Shown piece after piece: positions 18,484 through 27,839 of a DNA stretch of 64,000 nucleotides (positions within the stretch are counted from its first letter, which is position 1; every line of letters starts with the position of its first letter). The translations under genes and the position numbers were made by a program. Location of the stretch: contig CAZMCQ010000004.1 in assembly GCA_964565195.1 (NCBI GenBank), positions 133 to 64,132 of the forward strand, written 5' to 3'. This DNA comes from an uncultured Candidatus Saccharibacteria bacterium. GTDB taxonomy: Bacteria > Patescibacteriota > Doudnabacteria > UBA920 > 2-01-FULL-46-14. The notes below the pieces were generated by a model that did not search any database, was not told the origin of the DNA, and was given only the letters and a program-made list of their open reading frames with translations.

Positions 18484-19068
18484 ATGCTGATCGGCAATTT
18501 TTTTAAAAAATACAGGAAATATCTGGGGATTATCGTGCCCTGGTTTTCCGCGACCGCGATCGTCACCATCATTTTCGTGACGCTATACGCGAGCATTCAG
18601 AAGATTTACCGCGCGAGCGCCAACGACCCTCAAATCGAGCTCACCGAGAATGTTGCGAACGCCTTGCTTGCCGGTGCCAATCCGGAAGCAGTGGTAACGA
18701 ACCAAGTCGTGCCGATTGATAAAAGTCTCTCGGTGTTTGTCTCGATTTTTGATGAATCCCTGAACCCGGTCATCTCCAACGCCAATCTTGAAGGAGAACC
18801 GCCGATTCTTCCGCGCGGGGTATTTGACCAGGCCCGCGCCTATGACGAAAACCGCGTCACCTGGGAGCCGCGGCCCGGCGTGCGCGCCGCGATCGTGGTC
18901 CGGCATTTTGCCAACGACCGGGTGGCCGGTTTCGTTTTGGCCGGCCGTAATTTGCGCGAGATCGAGACCCGCGAGCAGGCACTCACGCTGATGGTGTTTA
19001 TCGCCTGGCTCGTCTCGCTTGCCATCATCGCCGCGCGGTATCTGGCCCGGCTGCTCGCCGGCTTGTAA
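18484..19068 (+). CDS. Hypothetical protein with N- and C-terminal TM helices.
   Basis: ORF only; hydrophobic termini. Confidence 0.45.
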   Translation: MLIGNFFKKYRKYLGIIVPWFSATAIVTIIFVTLYASIQKIYRASANDPQIELTENVANALLAGANPEAVVTNQVVPIDKSLSVFVSIFDESLNPVISNANLEGEPPILPRGVFDQARAYDENRVTWEPRPGVRAAIVVRHFANDRVAGFVLAGRNLREIETREQALTLMVFIAWLVSLAIIAARYLARLLAGL

Positions 19069-19077
19069 AAGCGTTTC

Positions 19078-21699
19078 ATGAAACAAAAATGGTATAAGAA
19101 AAACATCAGCAGCGTTTTGAGACAGCTCGAAACCGCTCCCGAAGGGCTGACCGCGGCCGTGGCGCGGGGGCGGCTCCAGAGCCACGGGCCGAACGTTTTG
19201 CCCGAAGCGCCGCGCGACAACCGCTTCGCGGTTTTTTTGCGCCAATTCCAAAGTCCGCTCATCTATATTTTAGCGTTGGCGGCTTTGGCAGTGTTTTTCA
19301 TTAGCGAACGTTCTGACGCGTTTATCATTCTGGCCGTTCTGTTGTTCAACGCAGTCGTCGGCACGATTCAGGAAGGCCGCGCGCAGAATACGCTCGCGGC
19401 GCTCCGCAAAGTGGTTGAAACCAAAGCCACGGTTTTGCGCGGCGGCGTGGAATCGATTATTCCCGACGCGGAAGTGGTGCCGGGCGATCTCGTAATTTTG
19501 CAGGAGGGCGACCGCGTCCCAGCGGATTTGCGGCTTTCGGATGTGAACAATTTGAAAATTGACGAGGCCGGCCTTACGGGCGAGTCGGTTCCAGTCAATA
19601 AATTTACCAAAGCGATTCCGGCTGTCACGCTCACGGTCGGAGACAGGAAAAATATGGCTTTCCGTGGGACGCATGTAGTCGCCGGGCATGGGTACGGCGT
19701 CGTCGTGGCGACCGGAGCGCAGACGGAAATCGGAAAAATTTCTCGCGAAATCACAGATATCAAATCGGACAGCCCGCTCAAAGGCGACATTGCTTTTCTC
19801 TCGCGCCTCATCATGATCGTCGTGGGCATTTTGAGCGTCTTGTTTTTTACCCTTGGTCTGGTCATGGGGCAGGACGCGCAGCAGATGTTTGCCACAGTTG
19901 TTTCGCTCGCAGTTTCGGTTATCCCGGAAGGATTGCCCATCGTGATGACTCTGGTGTTGGCCACCGGCGTCTGGCGGATGAGCAAGCGGAGCGTCCTTGT
20001 GAAAAAACTTCAGGCCGTGGAGGCGCTGGGCCAGGCGCGAGTCATCGCCGTGGATAAAACCGGCACCATCACCAAAAACGAAATGGCCGTGGAAAAAGTT
20101 TATTTCAATGGCGAGTCCTACGATATTCCTGGCAGTGGTTATGATCCGCGGGTGGTATTTCGCCCGAGCGGCGGGGGTTGGCGCCGTCTCGCTACCGCTT
20201 TGGGGTTTATTTCGAACGCGCGGGTTTTTTATTCAGAAGCCGATAAACAGTGGCTGCCGATCGGAGATCCGACCGAGGCCGCGATGCAGGTGCTCGCTGA
20301 AAAGCTCGGGGTGAACAAAGACGAACTCGAGGAGGGGCACCGGAAAGTGGGGGAAGCGTCGTTTGATTATCGGACCAAATACCACATCACGGTTCACAAG
20401 GTGGAAAATGGATTTTTTTTCAGCGCCGCAGGCGCGCCGGAAGCGATTTTTAAACTCTGCGCCCGGACGGCGAGGAAAAAGCTTGAACGGATTTACAAAA
20501 CCTTTTCCGAGTCAGGGCTTCGCGTTTTGGCCGTGGCTTATCGCGTCAGCAAAACCGCGCAGATCGTAAAGAGACCGAAAGGTTTCAAATTTTTGACTTT
20601 GGTGGGGATCAAAGATGCGCTGCGTCCCGAAGCGCGGCAAAGTCTGGCGCTTGCGCATTCGGCCGGACTCCAAGTGGTGATGATTACCGGTGACAATGCC
20701 GTCACGGCTGAAGCCATCGCCCGCGAGGCCGGGATATACCGCGGCGGCGAAATTTTGACCGGCGAACAGCTGGAAGAGATGCGGCTTCCGGAATTGGCCC
20801 GCACAGTTTCGAAAGTGGAAGTTTTTGCCCGGGTTACTCCGGAGCACAAGCTGCGGATTATTGAGGCCTATAAAAAAAACGGAAACATCGTGGCCATGAC
20901 TGGCGACGGGGTCAATGACGCGCCCTCCCTAGTAGCGGCTGATCTCGGCGTGGCCATGGGCGTGATCGGCACCGAGGTCGCAAAAGAAGCGTCAGACATC
21001 GTGCTGCTTGATGATAACTTCGGCAGCATTGTCGCCGCTATTGAGGAAGGCCGGTCCATATATAAAACGATTAAAAAAGTCATTTTGTACCTTTTCTCAA
21101 CGAGTTTGGGCGAGGTTTTGACTATTGGCGGCGCATTGCTGCTGGCCTGGCCTTTGCCAATTTTGCCCGCGCAGATCATCTGGCTAAATTTTGTGACAGA
21201 CGGCTTTTTGGATGTTGCCCTGGCCATGGAGCCGAAAGAGCGAGGGCTTTTGAAGCCCGGCTTTGCCAAACAAAAAAGGTATCTTCTCGATTGGGGTATG
21301 GGCCGGCGCATGATCTATATGGCGCTGCCGATGGCGATCGGGGCGTTGGTGATTTTCGGCAATTTCAAAAGTTCGAGCGAAGCCAAGGCCTGGACCATCA
21401 CGCTCACCGTTCTGGCCGTCTTCCAGTGGTTCAACGCCTGGAATTGCCGCAGCGAAACTGAATCCATTTTTAACCGACGATTTTTCGGCAATATTTACCT
21501 CGTCGCGGCCACGGTCGTGGTGGTGTTTTTGCAACTTTTCGCGGTTTATCATCCGGCGCTGCAGAAAATTTTGCACACCACCGCGCTTACTGGCGCGGAG
21601 TGGCTTTTGGTCCTGACCGTGGCCGCATCCATAATTATAGTCGAGGAGCTGCGCAAATCTTTTGCACGGAATTTGACAAAAAAGCCGGCCAGTATATAA
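19078..21699 (+). CDS. P-type cation-transporting ATPase (P2-type, Ca2+/Mg2+-like).
   Basis: DKTGTITKNEM phosphorylation motif, MITGDN, TGDGVNDAPSL, 8-10 TM helices. Confidence 0.9.
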   Translation: MKQKWYKKNISSVLRQLETAPEGLTAAVARGRLQSHGPNVLPEAPRDNRFAVFLRQFQSPLIYILALAALAVFFISERSDAFIILAVLLFNAVVGTIQEGRAQNTLAALRKVVETKATVLRGGVESIIPDAEVVPGDLVILQEGDRVPADLRLSDVNNLKIDEAGLTGESVPVNKFTKAIPAVTLTVGDRKNMAFRGTHVVAGHGYGVVVATGAQTEIGKISREITDIKSDSPLKGDIAFLSRLIMIVVGILSVLFFTLGLVMGQDAQQMFATVVSLAVSVIPEGLPIVMTLVLATGVWRMSKRSVLVKKLQAVEALGQARVIAVDKTGTITKNEMAVEKVYFNGESYDIPGSGYDPRVVFRPSGGGWRRLATALGFISNARVFYSEADKQWLPIGDPTEAAMQVLAEKLGVNKDELEEGHRKVGEASFDYRTKYHITVHKVENGFFFSAAGAPEAIFKLCARTARKKLERIYKTFSESGLRVLAVAYRVSKTAQIVKRPKGFKFLTLVGIKDALRPEARQSLALAHSAGLQVVMITGDNAVTAEAIAREAGIYRGGEILTGEQLEEMRLPELARTVSKVEVFARVTPEHKLRIIEAYKKNGNIVAMTGDGVNDAPSLVAADLGVAMGVIGTEVAKEASDIVLLDDNFGSIVAAIEEGRSIYKTIKKVILYLFSTSLGEVLTIGGALLLAWPLPILPAQIIWLNFVTDGFLDVALAMEPKERGLLKPGFAKQKRYLLDWGMGRRMIYMALPMAIGALVIFGNFKSSSEAKAWTITLTVLAVFQWFNAWNCRSETESIFNRRFFGNIYLVAATVVVVFLQLFAVYHPALQKILHTTALTGAEWLLVLTVAASIIIVEELRKSFARNLTKKPASI

Positions 21700-21915
21700 T
21701 GGTTTTAGTTCCTTCAGACAATGATTAAGCAACGATTTTTCCAGGGGAAGTAGGGCCTGTCCCGTCGCATGACGGGATGATCCCTCGCTGTGCCGCAACC
21801 GTATAGCCGGATTACCTGAAAAAATCAGCAAGTATGTATAGTTTCTTCCGAGCAGAAGAGCAGCATTTTTTTATTTCAAAAATTGCCCTCATCCGCCCCG
21901 GAATGAGGTTTTTTT

Positions 21916-23694
21916 ATGACAAAATATAAATTTATCGTTGCCCTTTCCCTTATCGCGCTTGTTTTTGATTTATTCGCGCCGCTCCCGGCAGCCGCGAGCT
22001 ATGATGCGGCCAAGGCCGTCCAGTATCTAAAATCGGGCAGTATTGATGAGTGGACGGTAATGGCGCTGGCTGCAGCAGGAAGTTTATCCGGAGTAAATAC
22101 CGACTTTTTGCAAAATGACGCCGGCGGAGCCGCAACAGCAACAGAGAAGCGGATTCTGGCAGCCGTCGCTGCCGGGCAAAACCCGCAAAATCATCTCACC
22201 GCGCTGACCGCACTTTACAATGGCACGGAGATAAATGCCGCCGCTGGCCTGCTCAACGATGATATCTGGGGACTCCTTGCCTTTGCGGCCGCGCGCGCCA
22301 ACTCAAGTGCGCAGGCGCAGCTGGCGAGTTTTATCAGGCAGAATCAGAACGTTAACGGAGGCTGGAGCTATGCCAAGGCGCCATCGGATTCGGACAGCAA
22401 TGACACGGCCGTGGCGATTATGGCGCTGCTGGCCGCCGGGGAAAGCCCGGATGCCGGGGCCATAACGCGCGGTTTTGGCTATCTGGCCAGCACCCTCACT
22501 GACACGGGTTTTGCCTTTGACGCTGATTCCGGCTTTGGGCCGGATTCGGCTTCAACTTCCTGGGCCATTTCCGCTTATCTGGCCGCGGCGAGAACCGTGC
22601 CGGTAAGCGCGCGGGTTTATCTTGAGAATTTGCAGAAAACCGATGGCTCGTTTCCCTGGCAGCAAGGCGGCTCGGGCAATCCGCAGATGACGGCCCATGC
22701 GGTTATCGCGCTTTCCGGAAAATTTTTCCCGGTGCGCGCCGGGGGAGTGAATTCCAGTTTTGAAGTATCAATCATCGGCCCGAGCGCGACCATTTTCAGC
22801 GGTCATATCACGCTGCCCCCTGGGGCTACCGCGCTTGCCGTTTTGGCCGAAAGTGCAAAGACTGGCAATTTTTCGTATGTGGTCAAAGATACTTCCCTGG
22901 GGTTATTTGTTGAATCCATCGGTGGCATCGGCCCCAGCGGGGACAAGGGATGGATGTATGCTGTGAATGGTGTAAAACCGTCAGTTGGCGCATCGCAATA
23001 TGTGTTGCAAAACGGGGATAAATTAGTTTGGTTTTACGGCGCGCCAGAGATCGCGGTGCCAATTGGTCCACCTTCAGGCAATGGACAAAATTCTGCTGTA
23101 GTCAACCTCTCGCTTCAAGTTTCTGTTCCCGCGGATCCGGAGCCGACAATTATGCTCGCGGCTTCGCGGACCAGCATCGGGCTCGGCGACACTGTTCAGC
23201 TTTCCTGGAGTGCGCAAAACGCGAGCGCGGTTGTAACTTCCACTCCTGGCAATTGGGCGGGCGCTGCCCTGTCCGACACAGTCACTGGCGGACCCCCGCA
23301 GACTACAATTTATTCCATTATGGTGTCCGGCCCGGGAGGCACCAAACAAGCGACAGTGCAGATCAACGTGGACACAACGCCGCAGATTGTGTTCGGGGTC
23401 AATCCTAACAATCTGCATCTGGGCGATTTATCGCCGTCGCATACCACCGTGCAGGGTTCGCTTGTGCTCGCCAATGCAGGCCGAAACAATTTGGCTGTCA
23501 CCGCCACCCTTCAGAACGCGGATGGTCTCTACCAGCAGGCGTTGTTTTTGAACGGTTTTTTGTGGTCCGCGTTTCGCGAGAATTTAGACACGAATTTTTC
23601 CAAAAACGTGAACGTCAGCGTTGTTTTGCCGGCCGGATACAGAAATAACGGCATCAAGACTGGCACGCTGATTTTTTGGGCAGTCCTTCGATGA
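21916..23694 (+). CDS. Secreted surface protein with prenyltransferase/squalene-oxidase-like repeats and a DUF4430 (transcobalamin-like) domain.
   Basis: Signal peptide; repeats NVNGGWSY...DTAVAIMALLAAG; DUF4430-like FSYVVKD...GWMYAVNGVKPSVGASQYVLQNGDKLVWFY. Confidence 0.6.
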   Translation: MTKYKFIVALSLIALVFDLFAPLPAAASYDAAKAVQYLKSGSIDEWTVMALAAAGSLSGVNTDFLQNDAGGAATATEKRILAAVAAGQNPQNHLTALTALYNGTEINAAAGLLNDDIWGLLAFAAARANSSAQAQLASFIRQNQNVNGGWSYAKAPSDSDSNDTAVAIMALLAAGESPDAGAITRGFGYLASTLTDTGFAFDADSGFGPDSASTSWAISAYLAAARTVPVSARVYLENLQKTDGSFPWQQGGSGNPQMTAHAVIALSGKFFPVRAGGVNSSFEVSIIGPSATIFSGHITLPPGATALAVLAESAKTGNFSYVVKDTSLGLFVESIGGIGPSGDKGWMYAVNGVKPSVGASQYVLQNGDKLVWFYGAPEIAVPIGPPSGNGQNSAVVNLSLQVSVPADPEPTIMLAASRTSIGLGDTVQLSWSAQNASAVVTSTPGNWAGAALSDTVTGGPPQTTIYSIMVSGPGGTKQATVQINVDTTPQIVFGVNPNNLHLGDLSPSHTTVQGSLVLANAGRNNLAVTATLQNADGLYQQALFLNGFLWSAFRENLDTNFSKNVNVSVVLPAGYRNNGIKTGTLIFWAVLR

Positions 23695-24086
23695 TCGGCG
23701 TTTCTCCTGACCATTTGGAGCTTGATCTGGCGCAAAGCGGCGCGAGCAGCCAGAATATTTTTTTGAAGAATCTGGATACAAAGCCGGTTGAGATTTCTAT
23801 CGAAGCAGAGAGATATGCCCATCACCTTGAAATCGAGGCGGCCGCATTGATATTGCCGAGTGCAGGGGAGAGAGCCGTCAAAATCACCGCGAGAGCAGGA
23901 AAAAATTTTTCTACAAATTTGGAGGTGGTCGCTCATGAAAATTCCGAAATTGCCGCCGGAATAAAAATCCCCTTAACAGTGACCGGCAATAAATTTATAA
24001 CGCAGTATCAATATGGCTTTATCCTTCTCGGCGCTTTTTTGATTACATTTTTGGCGTACGCGATTAACAAAAAACGAAAAAAATAA
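23691..24086 (+). CDS. Small tail-anchored protein (C-terminal TM plus KKRKK); probable start is an ATGA overlap with the upstream gene.
   Basis: C-terminal FILLGAFLITFLAYAINKKRKK. Confidence 0.5.
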   Translation: MIGVSPDHLELDLAQSGASSQNIFLKNLDTKPVEISIEAERYAHHLEIEAAALILPSAGERAVKITARAGKNFSTNLEVVAHENSEIAAGIKIPLTVTGNKFITQYQYGFILLGAFLITFLAYAINKKRKK

Positions 24087-24109
24087 ACTAGACAAACATA
24101 AAGGAGGTA

Positions 24110-24646
24110 GTGATGCAACGCAGAGAATGGCTGTTTTCCGCGCTGGGGGTTTTGGCAACGGGATTACCCATTGCCGCCGAGGTCATCGGCCGACGTGTCA
24201 ATCCTCGGCCGGATATTGAGACGGTTCGCCTCCCCGCCGGGGATTATTGGCTCGACGTCGGCGTTGACGGCGATCCACTCCGCGGCCTCGTGACTTATTT
24301 TTACGCGACGCTCGTACCTGCTGCTCCGGACGCTTTTTATGGGACTCGTCCCTTGGAACGATTGCGGGCATCCGGGATGATCGAACCAAACGAGCCGCGA
24401 CAAGGATTTTTCCCGACCCGTGCGCGGCCGCCCGATTCTGACAAAACTGAACCAGATGCGTTTTTCAGGATCGTGACGGTGAGAGTTGGGAAAGATATTT
24501 ACCGGATTGCCAGCGAGGCATTTTGGTTTCTGGTGAACGGTAACCTCGTGCTTGGCAGCGAGGTGAGCGCCGCGAGCTTTGACATTAAGCCCGCCGACAC
24601 GGTGAGCGTGGTCATCGCCCCCGGCGCAACTGGTCAGCTGCTTTGA
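24110..24646 (+). CDS. Hypothetical secreted protein (possible Tat-like RR signal).
   Basis: AAAGGAGG RBS 6-8 nt upstream; N-terminus MMQRREWLFSALGVLATGLPIAA. Confidence 0.55.
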   Translation: MMQRREWLFSALGVLATGLPIAAEVIGRRVNPRPDIETVRLPAGDYWLDVGVDGDPLRGLVTYFYATLVPAAPDAFYGTRPLERLRASGMIEPNEPRQGFFPTRARPPDSDKTEPDAFFRIVTVRVGKDIYRIASEAFWFLVNGNLVLGSEVSAASFDIKPADTVSVVIAPGATGQLL

Positions 24647-24655
24647 AAGCAAGAG

Positions 24656-24697
24656 AGCCGCGGGGTTGTAGCTCCGCGGCTTACATTTTTATTTTAT
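24656..24697 (+). terminator. Strong rho-independent terminator.
   Basis: Perfect stem AGCCGCGG-N10-CCGCGGCT followed by TTACATTTTTATTTTATT. Confidence 0.8.
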
Positions 24698-24712
24698 TAA
24701 AAAATGTTCAGT

Positions 24713-24741
24713 TTGCAAAATTGTGCGAAAAGTGCTATAAT
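24713..24741 (+). promoter_or_regulatory. Near-consensus sigma70 promoter of the giant-protein operon.
   Basis: TTGCAA, 17-nt spacer, TATAAT (duplicated TATAAT), within a 160-bp AT-rich gap. Confidence 0.6.
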
Positions 24742-24863
24742 TATAATAGTCAAAACAAAGACCAATAACCAAAAATAACAATGCATTTTCTGCCGATTTT
24801 GGCATTTGACAATTCTGCTTTGGTTAAATTTGGATTTATCCAAGGCAGAGTTTTTTAAATTAT

Positions 24864-27839
24864 ATGGCGAGACCCGAAGCGCACATTCCCGAAATAAACC
24901 CGCAGCGCGATGCAGATATGCGCCTGATGCCGGCGCGTTCTTTGATGCGTCAGCTTGAGAAACTCGAAAATGAATTCTCTGCAGAGAACACGGACGAGAC
25001 AAAACGGCGTTTGGGAATTATTGAAAAACAAATTATTGAAAAGGCGGGTCCGGAGAATGACCAGCCGAAATCTGACGAATTAACTGATCTATGGTACGAG
25101 CTTTGGGTAAAAGTAAATGGTCTAAAAAATGTTATCGGAACTTACAACAAGGAAACGCCTGCCCCAACTCCAACCGCACAAGTCGTAGATATTGAGCTTG
25201 GCCGCAAAAAGCCGCCGGCAGCCAAAGAAGGGAAAGGTGATGCAAGCGAGGTTGGAGGAGGAACAGGAGCCGCGACAGCTGGTGGCGGCGAGGGCGGCGA
25301 GCCGCCGGATGATGGCGAAAAGAAAAAACTGACCAAAGCGGAAAGGAAAGGGAGCAAAGGAAAGAAGGGGAAAGTCGATGCTGCGGAAGAAGAGCTGGCG
25401 AGCCGCGCGGAAGAGATACGATTTAAACAGGAGGCGGAGGCGGCTGCAAAATTAGCGGCTGAAAAATTGGAGACTGACGAGCAGCCGGCCAAGAAAGAGA
25501 AACACTATGAAGCGATTGGCAACATTGCGCGGCAGAATGCGGTATCGGGTGAGGAATGGCTTCGTGACAAACCGAAACCGGGTTTTGCGGAAGAGGATGC
25601 GCAAAGAATAGCCGAGGCGTTCCAGCAGACAATAGCGGCGCAAACACCTCCCGTGCCGGCGGAAGCAACGCCGGGAGTTTTTGCGGGCAAGGAAGAGCCG
25701 CCCGCCCCGCCGCCTGAAGGCGCGCCAGAGGCAGAACCTGCCCCTGTCCCAACCGCAGGCAGCGGCAAGATTGAGAGGGCGATCAGCGGCCGAGAAAAAC
25801 GAAGCGCGCGCCAGACAGTTGTTGAACAAAATGAGGCGCGCTTTAGAGAGAGAGATGAACGGTTCCGCCAAGCGAAGGCGATGGTCGTCAAGGCCAAAAC
25901 CGGCGATTTTGGCAAAGAGGAAGTCGCAGAATTTGATGAGGTTGCCGGGCCGCTTTTCGAGCACTACCGCGGCCTTCTAAATGTTGCCAAAAGACAAGTT
26001 AAAGCCCATGCCAAACGGAAGCTGGCTGAACTAGACGGAATGCGCAAACTTGTTGAGGCTGGCGAGTTAAAAGGGAAAGCCGAGCAGAACCCCGAGGAGC
26101 GGTTAAGAAACTCGAGGGATTACAAATTGCTGGAAAAGCAGTTTTTGCGCGGCATGAATGTGAGAGAGATGAAATTTAAATTTAATCGCGAAGATGAAAA
26201 GAGGATTGTTGAACTTTTCGAGCGGGATGTGAAGGCAGGACGCGATCCGCTGCAGCGGATCGCTGGAGATATACTTTACAAGGTGCTTGGCGATTACGAT
26301 TTCAATGAACTAAATGCGAAGGACAAAGAGGAATCCGAAAAAAAGTTTCTGGAGGTTGTGCGCCAAGTTTGGAATAATTTCGTCTACGAAAGAAAGGTCA
26401 ACCCGCGGACTGGCCAGTTTGGCATTGGCGAAGGCTCAATGGATACTGACGTCAAGGTGTCGCTTTGGCTTCTCAAAAAAGCGGGTATGGTCGGAGCAGA
26501 GGATGCGCAGTCAGTAAAGGCCGGTGAGGTCGTACCCGGTGCAACCCACGTCGATACCGGGCCGCAAGGCGTTTCCGGAGTCTTTCTCGACCGGCTCGAC
26601 GGAGAAATGATTGCCGGTTTTACCAATCACCCCGAAGGCCGTGATTTCCGAACCTCCAGCGCCAAGATTTTGTTTGAGTTCCTACGCCAGGCCGGTTTTA
26701 TTGAGACGAACGACAGTTCACAGGATGGTTTCAAGCAAAGGCGCGCAATGGAGATGATGGTCCAGTACACAATTGATGAAGATAACGCATCTTTTCCGGT
26801 AAGTAAAGAGGGGAGCATCGCTGATTTTAAAAAAAGCGCTGAAACATTGCGCGGCCTTGGGCGATATCTGTCTGCCGATCAAATGCATGCAGTTTTTATA
26901 GCGTATGATGAGGGCGGACCGTTTGGCGAAACTTATCGGAAAATTTTACAGCGCAAATTCACTCGTGAAGAATTGAGCAATCTAGGATTGCTTGACGAGT
27001 ACAAGCTTGCAGAGTTTCCAAATCGTGATTTTGATTTTGACGCTTACGCCAAGGAATACAGACAAAACAAAATTACGATTCCGGCTTTCGCCCAGTACGC
27101 CATCGAGCAGGCGGGCAGGCGTTTTGACAAATCACCCAAGAGGCGGTTTTCCGAAGGGTGGACGCTTCGGACGCGGTTTGGAAATTATGTCGTGGATATC
27201 GTGCAAGGCCGCGGAGACAAGACACTGGCCGGTTATAATGCCGTACAGGCCTATGGGTTCGATGGTTATATTTCTTATGATGTCCGCAACAACAGCTTTC
27301 TAATCAATACCTTCAATCCCAAAGTTGACTTAAGCCGTGATCCGGGGATTCACGAGCTTCAGAAAAAAACCGGTGCAGTGATTGTTCGCGGCAATATAAT
27401 GATTCGCCCGGGAGCGAAGGACAAACCGTTTAATACCACTCTCAAAGAAATTCTACAGATTCTGACCGGGAAAGAGGAAATTCAAGCCGGGGAGTTGATC
27501 ACCCGCGCTTTGGAACTCGAGAGTAAAGGCGAACTGAAACCCGTCGAGCGATCGGTAGAGAAGTGGAAGAAGAAAAAGAAGAGACAAGAAGCCGCGCCTT
27601 CCCCGAAAGCCAAGGAATTCTCACCCCCTGAAAGGAGAGGGGGCGGGAGTGAAGCGGTAGCAGAAAAAACGGAAAAAGAGAAACAGCGCGAGCAAGTTAC
27701 TAGAGATTGGGAAGAAAAAACAAGGGGTTGGCTCATTGGAGAAAAGAAAACTGAAGAACAAATTCAAAAGTATTTTGACATATTTAGGGATAGCGAAGTT
27801 GAGAAAATAATGAAAATGATCGAGGAAGAAAATGCCTGA
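24864..27839 (+). CDS. Giant (991 aa) charged, K/E/A-rich hypothetical protein with a low-complexity N-terminal third and no signal peptide or TM helices.
   Basis: Long uninterrupted ORF. Its stop overlaps the next start (ATGCCTGA). I recognise no catalytic motif. Confidence 0.7.
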   Translation: MARPEAHIPEINPQRDADMRLMPARSLMRQLEKLENEFSAENTDETKRRLGIIEKQIIEKAGPENDQPKSDELTDLWYELWVKVNGLKNVIGTYNKETPAPTPTAQVVDIELGRKKPPAAKEGKGDASEVGGGTGAATAGGGEGGEPPDDGEKKKLTKAERKGSKGKKGKVDAAEEELASRAEEIRFKQEAEAAAKLAAEKLETDEQPAKKEKHYEAIGNIARQNAVSGEEWLRDKPKPGFAEEDAQRIAEAFQQTIAAQTPPVPAEATPGVFAGKEEPPAPPPEGAPEAEPAPVPTAGSGKIERAISGREKRSARQTVVEQNEARFRERDERFRQAKAMVVKAKTGDFGKEEVAEFDEVAGPLFEHYRGLLNVAKRQVKAHAKRKLAELDGMRKLVEAGELKGKAEQNPEERLRNSRDYKLLEKQFLRGMNVREMKFKFNREDEKRIVELFERDVKAGRDPLQRIAGDILYKVLGDYDFNELNAKDKEESEKKFLEVVRQVWNNFVYERKVNPRTGQFGIGEGSMDTDVKVSLWLLKKAGMVGAEDAQSVKAGEVVPGATHVDTGPQGVSGVFLDRLDGEMIAGFTNHPEGRDFRTSSAKILFEFLRQAGFIETNDSSQDGFKQRRAMEMMVQYTIDEDNASFPVSKEGSIADFKKSAETLRGLGRYLSADQMHAVFIAYDEGGPFGETYRKILQRKFTREELSNLGLLDEYKLAEFPNRDFDFDAYAKEYRQNKITIPAFAQYAIEQAGRRFDKSPKRRFSEGWTLRTRFGNYVVDIVQGRGDKTLAGYNAVQAYGFDGYISYDVRNNSFLINTFNPKVDLSRDPGIHELQKKTGAVIVRGNIMIRPGAKDKPFNTTLKEILQILTGKEEIQAGELITRALELESKGELKPVERSVEKWKKKKKRQEAAPSPKAKEFSPPERRGGGSEAVAEKTEKEKQREQVTRDWEEKTRGWLIGEKKTEEQIQKYFDIFRDSEVEKIMKMIEEENA
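27620..27653 (+). repeat. GC-rich palindromic element in frame in giant protein A (encodes SPPERRGGGSE).
   Basis: tcaccccctgaaaggagagggggcgggagtgaag. Confidence 0.5.

Noticed and set aside
21700-21915. A cobalamin riboswitch upstream of the DUF4430 (transcobalamin-like) gene.
   Set aside because: I could not find a B12 box (GCCACTG-like) or the conserved GGTGC...GGGAA core by eye. Only generic hairpins are present. This needs an Rfam scan.
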